Notes: generated by a model from the sequence alone, not told the origin. A stretch of 64,000 bases of DNA from an uncultured Spirochaetota bacterium (GCA_963827275.1 CAWHAA010000010.1:224001-288000), one strand, 5' to 3'. Shown: positions 39,915-50,474, counted from the stretch's first letter. Translations and numbers: made by a program.

Positions 39915-42062
39915 TTATTTCTTAAGCACCACCAGCGCGTCCACCGCGACCGGCTCGGCCCCCTCTATTATGATCGGGTTGATGTCGATCTCCGCCACCC
40001 CGGGATGGGCGAGCGGCACGAGGCTCAGCCGGTGGAGGGCCCGCGCCAGCGAGCTGACATTGACCGCCGGCATCCCCCGGAACGGGCCCAGGAGCGCGCG
40101 CGCGCGTATATCGAACAGCATCTCCGCCGCATCGTCCTCGCTGATAGGCGCCGGCCTGAAGACCGCGTCACCCAGGGCCTCGGTGAAGATGCCCCCCAGG
40201 CCGAACATCACCGACGGCACGAACCCGGGGGCGCGCACCAGGCCGGCGACGAACTCCCGGTCTCCCCTGACCATGCGGTAGGCGATGACCGGGACGTTCC
40301 TCCCGGCAGCCTCCTGTATCTTGCGGAACGATGCGACCGCCTCGTCCTTCGATTTCAGGTTGAGATAGATGAGCCCCTTCCCGGTCTTGTGGAGGATATC
40401 TCCCGCGCTCGCCTTCATGACGAGGGGAAAGCCGGCCTTTTCCGCTGCGGCGGCCGCTTCGTCTTCCGTATTCGCGACGATCTCGCGGGTGACCGGGACC
40501 CCCCACGCGTCCAGGAAGAGCTTCGAGCCATGCTCGTCCAGGTTCGCCTCTCCCCTTGCGCGGCACTCTTCCAGCAGGCGCGCCGCTTCACCCGGCGCCG
40601 TGACCGGCGCGGGCTTCGCCCAGGGCGCGCGCTCCCGCACCTCCCTGTGGCGCAGCATCATCAGCATGCCGCCGGCGGCCTTCTCCGGAGAATCGAATAC
40701 CGGCACGCCGTGGTCGTGGTAGGACGTGGTATAATTGTCTTCCCTGTCAAAAAAGCTCGATATGGAAACCGGCTTGTTATACACGGGAATGTAATCCGCG
40801 GCGGTGGATGATTTGTCATTGAAGCCTGCGATCAGCCCCTCGAGGGAGACGTCCTTCATCACCGCGCTGAAATGTGGAAAGACGGCCTTTATCCAGCCGG
40901 TCCCCATGACACCGTGTATCACAAGCCCGTCAACCTCCCCGCTTTTCAATATGATCTCGGGTATTTTATTCGCAAGGTTCTCGATCTCCATGCTGAAGGT
41001 CATGTCGATCGGGTTCCCGCAGGGGGCGTGGGGCGGCACGAGGGGCCGCACCAGCTCCCGGACCTCCTTTGAAAACTCCGGCACCTCGAGCCCCCCCTTC
41101 TCAAGGGTGTTGGCGATCGCGGAGCCCGGGCCGCCCGAATTGGTGAGGATGCCGATCCGCTTCCCGTTCAACCGGGGCTGGTTGGCGAGCATGTTCCCGT
41201 AGTGGTACAGGTCCTCGATGCTGTGCACCCTGATGATGCCCGCCTGGCGGAACAGGCCGTCGTAGAGATGGTCCGGCGCGGCCATGGAGCCGGTATGGCT
41301 CAGGCTCGACCGGGCGCCGGCGCTTGAGCCGCCCACGTACTGGGCCAGCACCGGCTTGCGCGGCGTGATGGCCCTCGCGACATCGATGAAGCGCGGAATG
41401 TCGCTGATCCCCTCGATGTAGAGCGCTATGGCCTTCGTGTGCTCGTCCTCACCCAGGTACTCGAGCGCGTCTATGATGTTGATGTTCGCGCTGTTGCCCA
41501 CGCTGATCGCCTTGCTGAAGCGGATCCCGTTCTGTACGAGATAGGGGATCGACTGCGTGACATAGGTGCCGCTCTGCGACGCGAACCCCAGCGAACCGGG
41601 CGCGATCGTATAAGGCATGACCGTGGTATTCAGCGCTATCTGGCTGTTGATGATCCCCATGCAGTTGGGCCCGAGAAAACGGATACCGTACCGGTCCGAC
41701 AGCTCGATCAGGCGCTCCTGCATCCGCCGCCCTTCATCGTTCATCTCGCCGAAGCCGGCGGTTATGATGATGGCGCTCTTCGTCCCCTTCCTGCCGAATT
41801 CTTCGATGATCCTGACGACCTCGACGGAGGGGACGACGATAAAAGCGAGGTCCGGAACGTCCGGTATATCCGCGATCGAACGGTATGCAGTGAGGCCGAG
41901 CACCGTTTCCTGCAGCGGGTGGACAGGATAGATTTTTCCTTTATACCCGTCGTTGATAATGCTCAGGGCGTGCATGGTGCCCATCTTTAAAATATTGTTC
42001 CCGGCCCCGACTGTGGCTATCGACCCGGGGTTCATCAGGCGGTGAAGGGGATTTTCGCTCAT
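39915..42062 (-). CDS. Acetate/acyl-CoA ligase (ADP-forming), fused alpha-beta
   Basis: CoA-binding N-terminus, 'LGPNCMG', 'SQSG', 'SHTGSMA', ATP-grasp 'HKT...VMFGLGGIFTE...EIDINP'. Confidence 0.92.
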   Translation of the reverse strand: MSENPLHRLMNPGSIATVGAGNNILKMGTMHALSIINDGYKGKIYPVHPLQETVLGLTAYRSIADIPDVPDLAFIVVPSVEVVRIIEEFGRKGTKSAIIITAGFGEMNDEGRRMQERLIELSDRYGIRFLGPNCMGIINSQIALNTTVMPYTIAPGSLGFASQSGTYVTQSIPYLVQNGIRFSKAISVGNSANINIIDALEYLGEDEHTKAIALYIEGISDIPRFIDVARAITPRKPVLAQYVGGSSAGARSSLSHTGSMAAPDHLYDGLFRQAGIIRVHSIEDLYHYGNMLANQPRLNGKRIGILTNSGGPGSAIANTLEKGGLEVPEFSKEVRELVRPLVPPHAPCGNPIDMTFSMEIENLANKIPEIILKSGEVDGLVIHGVMGTGWIKAVFPHFSAVMKDVSLEGLIAGFNDKSSTAADYIPVYNKPVSISSFFDREDNYTTSYHDHGVPVFDSPEKAAGGMLMMLRHREVRERAPWAKPAPVTAPGEAARLLEECRARGEANLDEHGSKLFLDAWGVPVTREIVANTEDEAAAAAEKAGFPLVMKASAGDILHKTGKGLIYLNLKSKDEAVASFRKIQEAAGRNVPVIAYRMVRGDREFVAGLVRAPGFVPSVMFGLGGIFTEALGDAVFRPAPISEDDAAEMLFDIRARALLGPFRGMPAVNVSSLARALHRLSLVPLAHPGVAEIDINPIIIEGAEPVAVDALVVLKK

Positions 42063-42186
42063 TTCGTACCTCGTCAGAAGATCAGCATAACGGCGCGGTC
42101 GGCATCAAACTGGCACAGATGCACACAAACGCACTGGTTTTGTGCACATTTTTTTACCGGTTGGAAAAAAGTCAAGAGGTAAAAGG

Positions 42187-42849
42187 TCACTGTATCCCCA
42201 CGTTAAAACTGCCGTCGCGGATCTGCATGACAGTGCTCCCATCAGCAGACTTCAACTCTCCTGAAAAGGTCCCCCGCGCCCTCCCGCCAGCGCCGCCCCA
42301 TTCATCAATGGTGAGCGAGAAGGGATGGGCATAGTCAAGCGTATAGAGGACGCCGCTTTCAGAGCCGAAGAACTGTATAATAAAGGGGGTGGATTTTTCA
42401 GAATAGGTCCCCGGGGTCACATCCGAGGGGAGCATCATTGACAAGACATGGCGGTAGGTGGATTGGTTCGATACGGTGATCCCGCTCATATCAGCGGCAA
42501 AATTCACGAGGTATCCCGTTAATTCGGAAGACACGGAAATTTTTGTGAAATTCGCAACCGACGTATAGGTATTGGTACCCGACTCTCCCTGTATCCTGAA
42601 GCTGGCGGTATTTTCCACGGCCTGCATCGCTTCGTCGCCGGCATTCTTCGCGGGGTCAGCGCCCTCGCCGTCATCATTCCAGCTTTCTTCTTCATACGTG
42701 GTTGTCCCGCCTGAGCGGGCCGTGTCGCCCGATATTGATTCAGACAGGAGGGCCGTCCCCGGCGCCGGCTCCTCGTCGTTGCTCCCGCAGATGAAATAGA
42801 TCAGTACTACCGCGCCGATCAAAAGAGAAATGATGATGTTTTTTTTCAT
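42187..42849 (-). CDS. Hypothetical exported/membrane-anchored protein
   Basis: N-terminal hydrophobic helix, acidic linker, beta-rich C-terminal domain. Confidence 0.65.
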   Translation of the reverse strand: MKKNIIISLLIGAVVLIYFICGSNDEEPAPGTALLSESISGDTARSGGTTTYEEESWNDDGEGADPAKNAGDEAMQAVENTASFRIQGESGTNTYTSVANFTKISVSSELTGYLVNFAADMSGITVSNQSTYRHVLSMMLPSDVTPGTYSEKSTPFIIQFFGSESGVLYTLDYAHPFSLTIDEWGGAGGRARGTFSGELKSADGSTVMQIRDGSFNVGIQ

Positions 42850-43034
42850 GGGTGCCCGCTCCGCGATCGTTGATAGAGACTGATTACCTGATGAGTGGAA
42901 AATGTCAAAATAAATTTATCCTCACGTTCCACATTATCCTATGAATGATCTTCAGCGGTACAGTTACAAAAATATATTGACATACCCGCCGATCGGCCCC
43001 AGGAATAGGGCATTACACCGGGAGGGGGTACTTC

Positions 43035-43958
43035 ATGAAAATATTCATCACCGGCGGACTCGGATTTGTCGGATCGAAGCTTACGGCCGCCCTCACGGCA
43101 GGGGGCCACGGGGTCACCATTGTCGAGCGCAATCCCGGCAACAAGCCGGCACCGCCGAAGGGCGTGTCGGTCATAACGGGCGATGCCTCCAAACCCGGCC
43201 CATGGCAGGACGCTATCGCCGGCCACGACGCGGTAATCAACCTCGCCGGGGTTTCCATCTTCAGCCGGTGGAGCAAGGAGAGGAAAAAGGAGATCTACAA
43301 TAGCAGGGTGCTCATCACCCGCAACGTCGCTGACGCGCTGAAAAAGATCAAGGGCAAAAAGCCCGACCTCCTGTCAGCCTCGGCCGTGGGCTACTACGGC
43401 TTCCACGGCGACGAAATGCTTTCTGAAAACGACGTCCCCGGGGAGGACTTTCTGGCCCTGGTCTGCCGCGACTGGGAAGCGGAGGCAATGAAGGCGGCGG
43501 ATGCCGGCTCCCGCGTCGTCATCACGCGCTTCGGCGTGATCCTTGACGACAGCGGCGGCGCGCTCGACCTGCTCGCGAAGATTTTCCGCTGGAGGCTGGG
43601 GAACCGGCTCGGTTCCGGCCGGCAGTGGTTTTCGTGGGTCCACGCGGACGACCTTGTCGCGGCCTTCCTCTTTCTCCTGGAAAAAAAGACGATCCGCGGG
43701 CCGGTCAACATCACCGCTCCGGTGCCGGTGACCAACCGCGAGCTCACCAGGGCACTGAACAGGGCGCTGGGCACGTTCCCCCTCGTGCCGCCGGCGCCCG
43801 GGCTGCTCCTGCGGCTGGCGCTGGGAGAGTTCGGCAGCTTCCTCCTGCGGGGACAGCGGGCGGTGCCCCGCCGGCTCCTCGACCTCTGGTTCGAATTCAG
43901 GTATCCCGATATCGACGCGGCCCTTGCCGGGATCTTCGGAAACGGCCGCGCCCGGTGA
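43035..43958 (+). CDS. TIGR01777-family NAD-dependent epimerase/oxidoreductase
   Basis: 'ITGGLGFVG', 'INLAG', 'SAVGYYG', 'CRDWE', 'GSGRQWFSWVHADD'. Confidence 0.92.
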   Translation: MKIFITGGLGFVGSKLTAALTAGGHGVTIVERNPGNKPAPPKGVSVITGDASKPGPWQDAIAGHDAVINLAGVSIFSRWSKERKKEIYNSRVLITRNVADALKKIKGKKPDLLSASAVGYYGFHGDEMLSENDVPGEDFLALVCRDWEAEAMKAADAGSRVVITRFGVILDDSGGALDLLAKIFRWRLGNRLGSGRQWFSWVHADDLVAAFLFLLEKKTIRGPVNITAPVPVTNRELTRALNRALGTFPLVPPAPGLLLRLALGEFGSFLLRGQRAVPRRLLDLWFEFRYPDIDAALAGIFGNGRAR

Positions 43959-43975
43959 CAGGCGGCGCGTCATCC

Positions 43976-45331
43976 ATGCGCGGCGAAATCTTTACCAGGC
44001 GCACCCGGTTCCCCGTATCAGCCGGCGAGCTGTTCGCATGGCACCGCGCGCCAGGGGCGCTCGAACGGCTCACGCCCCCGTGGGAATCAATCACCATAAT
44101 AGAGCAGCAACCGATCGCAGAAGGGTCGAGGACCGTCTTCAGACTCAAAACCTGGCCCCTCTCTTTCAGGTGGGTCGCGAAGCATGTCGATTTCACCGAA
44201 AACAGCTGTTTCACCGACGTGCAGGTGAAAGGCCCCTTCTCCTCATGGCGCCACACCCACCGCTTCATACCCGAAACCGGGACAACCTGCGTCCTTGAAG
44301 ACAGCATCGAGTACCGGCTGAAATTCCATTCCCTGGCCATGCCAATCGCGGGGCGCCTCGTAAAAAAAAGGCTGGAACGGATGTTCGAGTACCGCCACCG
44401 CATCACCCTCGAGGACACCGCGCGGGTGAAGCAGGGGAAGCCGCTCGACATCCTGATCACCGGCGCGCGCGGCCTTGTAGGCTCCAGCCTGGTCCCCTAC
44501 CTCTCGACCCGCGGGCACAGGATAACCCGCCTGGCGCGCGACAGCGCGGGAGGCGGCGCATACTGGGACCCCGTGCGGGGCATCATCCGCTGTTCATTCG
44601 ACCGTACCGACGCGGTGATACACCTCGCCGGGGAGCCGATTGGCGATGGCGTCTGGACCCGCGCCAAGATGCGCGCCATCATGCAGAGCCGCGTTGCCGG
44701 GACCAGGCTCCTCGCAGAAACGCTGTCGTCGCTTGAACGGCCCCCCGCGCTCCTCGTCTGCGCCTCCGCGGTCGGCTACTACGGCGACAGGGGCGACGCG
44801 CTCCTTTCGGAGGACGACGCGCCGGGGACCGGTTTCATCGCCGACGTATGCCGGGAATGGGAACGGGCGGCGCGGCCGGCAGTCGACCGGGGCATCCGCG
44901 TCGTGTTCCTTCGCATCGGCGTGGCGCTCCATCCCGGCGGCGGGGCACTGCGGCGTCTCCTCGCGCCGGCCCGGCTGGGGCTCGGCGGCTTCCTGGGAGA
45001 CGGCGGCCAGTACACGAGCTGGATTTCAATGGAGGACCTCGTCGGCGCCATCGAGCATATCCTGCTGCGCCCCGGCCTTCGCGGGCCGGTGAACATCGTG
45101 GCCCCGGGACCGGCACGGAACAGGGACCTGGTCCGGACGCTTGCCCGGGTCCTCGGGCGGCCCGCGCTCTTCGGCCTGCCCGCATGGGCGGTGCGGCTGG
45201 CCTTCGGCAGGATGGGGCGCGAAGTCCTGCTCGCAAGCGCCAGGGTTTCGTCCCGGAAGCTCGAGGAATCCGGGTACCGGTTCCGGCACCGGGACCTTGA
45301 ATCGGCCCTTCGCTACCTGTTGGGGAAATAA
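43976..45331 (+). CDS. SRPBCC (START-like) domain fused to TIGR01777-family oxidoreductase
   Basis: 'LFAWH..PGALERLTPPW...FTDVQVKGPF..WRHTHRF' followed by 'ITGARGLVG...GDGGQYTSWI'. Confidence 0.9.
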   Translation: MRGEIFTRRTRFPVSAGELFAWHRAPGALERLTPPWESITIIEQQPIAEGSRTVFRLKTWPLSFRWVAKHVDFTENSCFTDVQVKGPFSSWRHTHRFIPETGTTCVLEDSIEYRLKFHSLAMPIAGRLVKKRLERMFEYRHRITLEDTARVKQGKPLDILITGARGLVGSSLVPYLSTRGHRITRLARDSAGGGAYWDPVRGIIRCSFDRTDAVIHLAGEPIGDGVWTRAKMRAIMQSRVAGTRLLAETLSSLERPPALLVCASAVGYYGDRGDALLSEDDAPGTGFIADVCREWERAARPAVDRGIRVVFLRIGVALHPGGGALRRLLAPARLGLGGFLGDGGQYTSWISMEDLVGAIEHILLRPGLRGPVNIVAPGPARNRDLVRTLARVLGRPALFGLPAWAVRLAFGRMGREVLLASARVSSRKLEESGYRFRHRDLESALRYLLGK

Positions 45332-45337
45332 ATGCGG

Positions 45338-45421
45338 CCCCTCCCCTTTGACGGGGGAGGTCGGGTGGGGGCGAAGACCGGTTTAATCACCCTCCCCTGT
45401 CCCCTCCCATCAAGGGAGGGG
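45338..45421. repeat. Inverted REP-like doublet of C/G-rich hairpins
   Basis: CCCCTCCCCTTTGACGGGGGAGGTCGGGTGGGGG ... CACCCTCCCCTGTCCCCTCCCATCAAGGGAGGGG; the arms are imperfect reverse complements. Confidence 0.7.
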
Positions 45422-45442
45422 AATACTATACTGGATAATAAA

Positions 45443-46534
45443 ATGAACACACTGACAAAAGCAACCATGGCCCTGACAATGACCACGGCCCTCATGTTCG
45501 GCTTCCTGCACCTGTTCATCCCCGGCCATAACTTTGAGCGGCTCCATATATTCCTTTTCAATCTCTGCGGGGGCGGCACCCTGCTGCTCGTCCATACCGA
45601 GGGAAAAAGATCGCTCTCGGCCAGGACAGGGGCGTTCTATATTTTGTCCCTCCTCTACGCGGTCGCGGCGTTCACTTCCTTCTACCTTTACGCGATCGCC
45701 ATTGCCATTGTCCTGGCGCTGCTGGTGGAAACGGTCCGCGTCCGCAGGTTCTCCCTCTTCCCTGTGGATTTTTTCCGCTGGCGTGCGCCCGTGCACGAGA
45801 AATTCCACCAGGCGGCCCTCCTCTGCCTGTCCGCCGGGCTGCTCATATCCTCGCTGGTGATCGCCAATCATGAGTACTGGAGGTACCCGGTCTCTCCCAA
45901 GCTGACGCTCGACATCTTCTTCCTCGGCTTTTCCTTCCCCGCTTCGCTCATAACCATGTCGGTCATGTTCGGCATGATGGAAAAGCGCGGCGGGCTGCCC
46001 GCGCGTATCCTCAGGGAATACGCCTTCTGGGCGGTGAACCTCGGCGTGATCATATTCTTCCTGTTCATCCTCCTGCAGATGCCCATGGCTGAGCTGGCCG
46101 TCGCCCTCTCGCTCTTCATCGCCGTGATGATGATATTTTTCCTGTACCTGAAGCTTGGCGCGGTAATCCAGCCGAAGGCATTTCTTACCTCCGGGGTCGT
46201 TTTCCTGATCATGACCGCCGTGACCGGCATTCTCTACATATTGCTGCATGTTTTTATCCCGGAACCGCCGGGCGGAAAGCTTCTTTTGAAGCTCCATGCG
46301 CTCATCTCTCTTTACGGATGGAACCTCACTGGGCTGGCGGTGCTCTGCCGGTATAATGATTTCCCGATCCGCCTCCATTCCGGGCGGACCATCCTGTTTC
46401 ACTGGGTCATCGTCACGGTGGTTGCGCCCCTCGGATTTTATTTCCCCGTCTTTTCCGTTCTCGCTGTCATCGCGTACGGGACCTTCCTCTGCATCCTCCT
46501 CTTTACCGGTGATACGGCATCCGGTCATGGATGA
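45443..46534 (+). CDS. Polytopic membrane protein of unknown function
   Basis: Many hydrophobic segments; 'FERLHIFLFNLCGGG'. Confidence 0.75.
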   Translation: MNTLTKATMALTMTTALMFGFLHLFIPGHNFERLHIFLFNLCGGGTLLLVHTEGKRSLSARTGAFYILSLLYAVAAFTSFYLYAIAIAIVLALLVETVRVRRFSLFPVDFFRWRAPVHEKFHQAALLCLSAGLLISSLVIANHEYWRYPVSPKLTLDIFFLGFSFPASLITMSVMFGMMEKRGGLPARILREYAFWAVNLGVIIFFLFILLQMPMAELAVALSLFIAVMMIFFLYLKLGAVIQPKAFLTSGVVFLIMTAVTGILYILLHVFIPEPPGGKLLLKLHALISLYGWNLTGLAVLCRYNDFPIRLHSGRTILFHWVIVTVVAPLGFYFPVFSVLAVIAYGTFLCILLFTGDTASGHG

Positions 46535-46692
46535 GTGAATTGTTTCTTCACGCGCCATTTTTTCATGCAAAAACCAGGTAGTGTGCCCTTCTTAACCGGG
46601 TCGGGCACGATCCCATGCGTCCCTGTCGGCGGTGCGTTCCCTGAAGACATCGTGCAGGTCCTGAAAAACATTTTTTGGACCAAGCAATACAC

Positions 46693-46721
46693 TTGACATA
46701 TACATCATCATGCGATAGACT
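46693..46721 (+). promoter_or_regulatory. Putative sigma70 promoter, possibly giving a leaderless mRNA
   Basis: TTGACA-17 nt-TAGACT ending 8 nt before ATG 46730. Confidence 0.55.
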
Positions 46722-46729
46722 ACGTGCAT

Positions 46730-49225
46730 ATGGATATGCTTGGCTCAATCACTTCTTTTTTCCTCAAGAATTACGCGGACAAGGATGTCATTATTCAGAA
46801 AAAAGCCCGCATACTTTTCTGGATCGTCTCCGCCATAGCTATCCTGATCGTGCCCATGTATATCGCGTTTTCAATAGTATATGATTGGCGCCTGAACCTC
46901 CAGGTACTCCTGATCTTCATGGCCGCGATGCTTTTCCTGACGCTGGCCATCCTGTACGCGGGGCACTTCATCCTGTCGTCGCACCTGTTCCTGGTCCTCT
47001 GCTTTGCCGCCATATGGTCGTTTTTTTTTATTGACCTCGACGCCACGAACTACATCGACCGGATGTCCTCACTGGTGCTTCTTCTCGCGGTTCTCAACTT
47101 TATCCCGCTTATCATCGTCCGCAGGAAGCACATCATCATTGCCTATTATACGTTAAACACGGCAATCCTCTGCGCTTTTTTTTATACAGTCTGGTCGACA
47201 TCATCCATACCGCAGGCCACGATGGCCTCCTATTCCATCGATGCCGTTGTCGCTTTTTTAATGAGCGGAATCGTTTCTTACCAGCTCATCAGCGTAAACC
47301 TCCTGGCCGCGGACCGCGCCAAGACCGCGGAGGCCGAGATCCGCAAGAGCGAGGAGCTGTTCCGGGGGATGGTCGAGGAATCGCCCCAGTTCACGATCAT
47401 CATCAACCAGGACGGCACTCTTGATTTCCCGGACAGCGTGAAGTCGCTCCCGTTCGGGCTCAAGCGGGAGGAAATCCCCACCCTCGAGCGACTGTGGGAA
47501 ACGGCATACCCGGACGAGGGCTACCGCCGCCTGATCAAGGCTGAATTCAGCATCATCATGAGGGAAGTCGCTGAAGGCCACCCGGTAAAATCCATCGAAA
47601 CGAAGGTGATGTCCCGCGACGGGTCCTACAGTGACGCCATGATCCGCTACTCCCCCCTGGGCCAGAGCGGGAGGGGGCTCATGCTCTTTGACGACATCAC
47701 GAACAGGAAGATCATAGAGCGCTCCCTCCAGGCCTCTGAGCGGCGGTACCGCAAGCTCTACGACAGCATGCTGGACGGATTCGTCAGCCTCGACATGGAC
47801 GGCACAATACTCGAATTCAATACGGCCTACCTGAAAATGACGGGGCACACCGCCGCGGAACTCTACGGGATGACCGTGTGGGACCTCACCCCGCACCGGT
47901 ACCACGATATGCAGAAAAAGATCATGCAGGAGCAGGTCCTCGCCCGGGGCCATTCCGACCTTTTCGAGAAGGAATACATACGAAAAGACGGCTCTATAGT
48001 GCCGGTGGAGCTGCGGATATATCTCGTGCAGAATGACGAAGGCGTCAACACGGGCACGTGGTCGATTGTCCACGACATCACAAAACGGAAACAGACGGAA
48101 AACGAGCTCCTGAGGACGAGCAAGATAGAGTCCCTCGGGGTGTTCGCCGGCGGTATCGCGCACGACTTTAACAACCTCCTCACCGCCATCATGGGCAACA
48201 TATCCATCGCGAAGCTCGACCTTCCGCGCAATTCGAAAAACAAGGAGATTTTAAACGAGGCCGAGAAGGCCTCAGAGCGGGCAAAAGACCTGACGATGCA
48301 GCTCCTGACATTTTCCAAGGGGGGCGCGCCGATAAAAAAAATAGCGTCGATACGCGACCTCCTCGTTGACACGGTGGAATTCGTCCTCAGGGGCTCACAG
48401 ATAAAGACCAGCTTTTCCATCCCGGACAAGCTGTGGAACGCGGAAATAGATGTCGGTCAGATCAGCCAGGTACTGCACAACCTCGCCCTCAACGCGCGCG
48501 AGGCCATGCCGGGAGGGGGCTATCTCTCCGTAGCGGCCGAAAACAGGACGGTGGCGGGCAAGGACAACCTCCCCATAGAGCCCGGCAACTACATCACGCT
48601 GCGGATCAGCGACACCGGCTACGGGATACCGAAAAAGCACATCCACAAGATATTCGACCCCTTTTTTACGACAAAAGACAAGGGCACCGGCCTGGGACTC
48701 TCCGTCACCTACTCCATTATAAAGAAGCACAGCGGGCATATTACCGTTGAATCAACCGAACGCCACGGGACAACCTTCACTCTCTGGCTGCCGGCGACAG
48801 AAGAAAAGATCGCCGCCGCCATGAACCATGTTTCGGAAAAGACGCTGACCAGCGGCAGGGTCCTCCTCATGGACGACGAGGAGATGGTGCTCGTGGTCGG
48901 GCAGAAAATACTGCAGCGGCTGGGGTTTGCCACCGAGGTGGCGCATGACGGAAAAGAGGCCATCGAGCTGTACCGCCGCGCGAAGCTGTCGGGGAAGAAA
49001 TTCGACTACGTGATCATGGACCTCACGGTCCCCGGGGGGATGGGCGGCAAGGAGACCATCAAGCTGCTGAAGGAGTTCGATCCGTCAATCAAGGCGATTG
49101 TATCGAGCGGCTATTCCAACGACCCGGTCATGGCCTCGTACCGGGACTACGGCTTCTGCGGCGTCGTTGCCAAGCCGTATACCGTTGAAGACATCCAGGA
49201 AGTGATCATCAGCCTCCAGAACTGA
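46730..49225 (+). CDS. Membrane-bound hybrid sensor histidine kinase (TM region, 2 PAS, HisKA, HATPase, receiver)
   Basis: 'GGIAHDFNNLL', 'NLALNAREAM', 'DTGYGI', 'FDPFFTTK', 'GTGLGL'; receiver 'LLMDDE...MDL...VAKP'. Confidence 0.95.
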   Translation: MDMLGSITSFFLKNYADKDVIIQKKARILFWIVSAIAILIVPMYIAFSIVYDWRLNLQVLLIFMAAMLFLTLAILYAGHFILSSHLFLVLCFAAIWSFFFIDLDATNYIDRMSSLVLLLAVLNFIPLIIVRRKHIIIAYYTLNTAILCAFFYTVWSTSSIPQATMASYSIDAVVAFLMSGIVSYQLISVNLLAADRAKTAEAEIRKSEELFRGMVEESPQFTIIINQDGTLDFPDSVKSLPFGLKREEIPTLERLWETAYPDEGYRRLIKAEFSIIMREVAEGHPVKSIETKVMSRDGSYSDAMIRYSPLGQSGRGLMLFDDITNRKIIERSLQASERRYRKLYDSMLDGFVSLDMDGTILEFNTAYLKMTGHTAAELYGMTVWDLTPHRYHDMQKKIMQEQVLARGHSDLFEKEYIRKDGSIVPVELRIYLVQNDEGVNTGTWSIVHDITKRKQTENELLRTSKIESLGVFAGGIAHDFNNLLTAIMGNISIAKLDLPRNSKNKEILNEAEKASERAKDLTMQLLTFSKGGAPIKKIASIRDLLVDTVEFVLRGSQIKTSFSIPDKLWNAEIDVGQISQVLHNLALNAREAMPGGGYLSVAAENRTVAGKDNLPIEPGNYITLRISDTGYGIPKKHIHKIFDPFFTTKDKGTGLGLSVTYSIIKKHSGHITVESTERHGTTFTLWLPATEEKIAAAMNHVSEKTLTSGRVLLMDDEEMVLVVGQKILQRLGFATEVAHDGKEAIELYRRAKLSGKKFDYVIMDLTVPGGMGGKETIKLLKEFDPSIKAIVSSGYSNDPVMASYRDYGFCGVVAKPYTVEDIQEVIISLQN

Positions 49226-49239
49226 CCGGGACCCGCCGG

Positions 49240-49578
49240 TCACGCCAGGTATGCGGATTTAAAATCGGCTTCCGACACGATTTCAAACATGCTTGCCAGC
49301 TTGGACACGTCAAAGAGTGTGGAAATGTGGTCGGTGATATTCATGAAAACCAGCCTGGTCTCGGTTTTCTCCGCTTCCTTTTTGAACTTGATAAACAGGC
49401 CCAGGCCGGAAGAATCGAGGGTGATGAGACTTTTACAGTTCAGCCCTATTACGCGCGGCTTCGCCGCAATTTTTTCCATAAAGAGCTTTTCCGCATCTTC
49501 CAATTCATTAAACAGAAGGTCGCCTTTTATGGATATGACAAATACGTCCTTGTGTTCGGTGCAATCGACTGTCAGCAC
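49240..49578 (-). CDS. STAS-domain anti-sigma factor antagonist
   Basis: 'LDSSGLGLF' phosphoacceptor motif, 112 aa. Confidence 0.9.
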   Translation of the reverse strand: MLTVDCTEHKDVFVISIKGDLLFNELEDAEKLFMEKIAAKPRVIGLNCKSLITLDSSGLGLFIKFKKEAEKTETRLVFMNITDHISTLFDVSKLASMFEIVSEADFKSAYLA

Positions 49579-49662
49579 AGGCCCATACCCCCACTATTGT
49601 TGTCTGTTCCCGGTCGGGAGCAATGCCGGCATGCGGGCCTTGCTCCTGGTGACCGCCGCTTT

Positions 49663-50142
49663 TTATTCTATACCGGTCATGTCAATTTTCAGCGACAGGC
49701 CGTCCAGCGTCAAGGGGAACCTCCGTTTCCTGCCGTTGATCAGGGCGTCACACCAGACGGTCGTATCGCCCTTTTTATACTCAGTGAACGACCTGATCTC
49801 GTAGGTCCTGAGCATCCGGTCCGGGTTCATGCGCTGTACCCTCCCGAACTCGCTGACGAAGAGCTCCTCGTCGCTCATGGCCCGCTGTGCGGGTGACAGC
49901 TTCTGCATCCGCAGGCTCTGGATAAAGGCGGGGTGGGTCAGCCGGTACAGCGCCCGCCAGTCCCTGTTTTTCCACGCCTCCAGGAACTCCCGCGCGACAT
50001 GGTCAGGATTGATCCGCTCAAGACGCTCGTCCGTCCTGCCGCACGAGGCGCTGCCGGCGGCTATCATGACCGCGAGCGAGATAACGGCGCCGCGCACGAG
50101 GCGCCGCGCAATCAGAAGGATAGTTGTTTCGCGTCGCCCCAT
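49663..50142 (-). CDS. Hypothetical lipoprotein
   Basis: Lipobox-like 'SASC'; 'AREFLEAW...DWRALY' NTF2-like pattern; true start probably downstream of 50142. Confidence 0.6.
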   Translation of the reverse strand: MGRRETTILLIARRLVRGAVISLAVMIAAGSASCGRTDERLERINPDHVAREFLEAWKNRDWRALYRLTHPAFIQSLRMQKLSPAQRAMSDEELFVSEFGRVQRMNPDRMLRTYEIRSFTEYKKGDTTVWCDALINGRKRRFPLTLDGLSLKIDMTGIE

Positions 50143-50474
50143 AGTTTTTCCAGCTGGTAATACTCCCGCGTCTCCTGGGTAAATATGTGCACGATCAGCT
50201 CATTTAAGTCAAGGATTATCCATCCGGAATCGTAATCGGGCTTCATGCGGCCCCGCAGCCCCCGCTCAAGGGCAAAGCGCTCCAGCTCGCGCGCCATCGA
50301 GCGGCAGTGTATACGCGAGTTCCCGGTGGCTATCAGGAAATAATCGAGGTAGCTGTTCACCCCGCGCAGGTCCATCATGACGATGTCCGTCCCCTTCTTG
50401 TCGGTGAGGAAGCGCGCGCATTCCCTGAATGCTTCGACCATTTCCTCTTCGGTGAATCTCTTCTTTTCCGTCAC
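50112..50474 (-). CDS. rsfS: Ribosome silencing factor RsfS
   Basis: 'DKKGTDI', 'DYFLIATG', 'WIILD', 'VHIF...REYYQLEKLW'. Confidence 0.95.
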   Translation of the reverse strand: MTEKKRFTEEEMVEAFRECARFLTDKKGTDIVMMDLRGVNSYLDYFLIATGNSRIHCRSMARELERFALERGLRGRMKPDYDSGWIILDLNELIVHIFTQETREYYQLEKLWGDAKQLSF

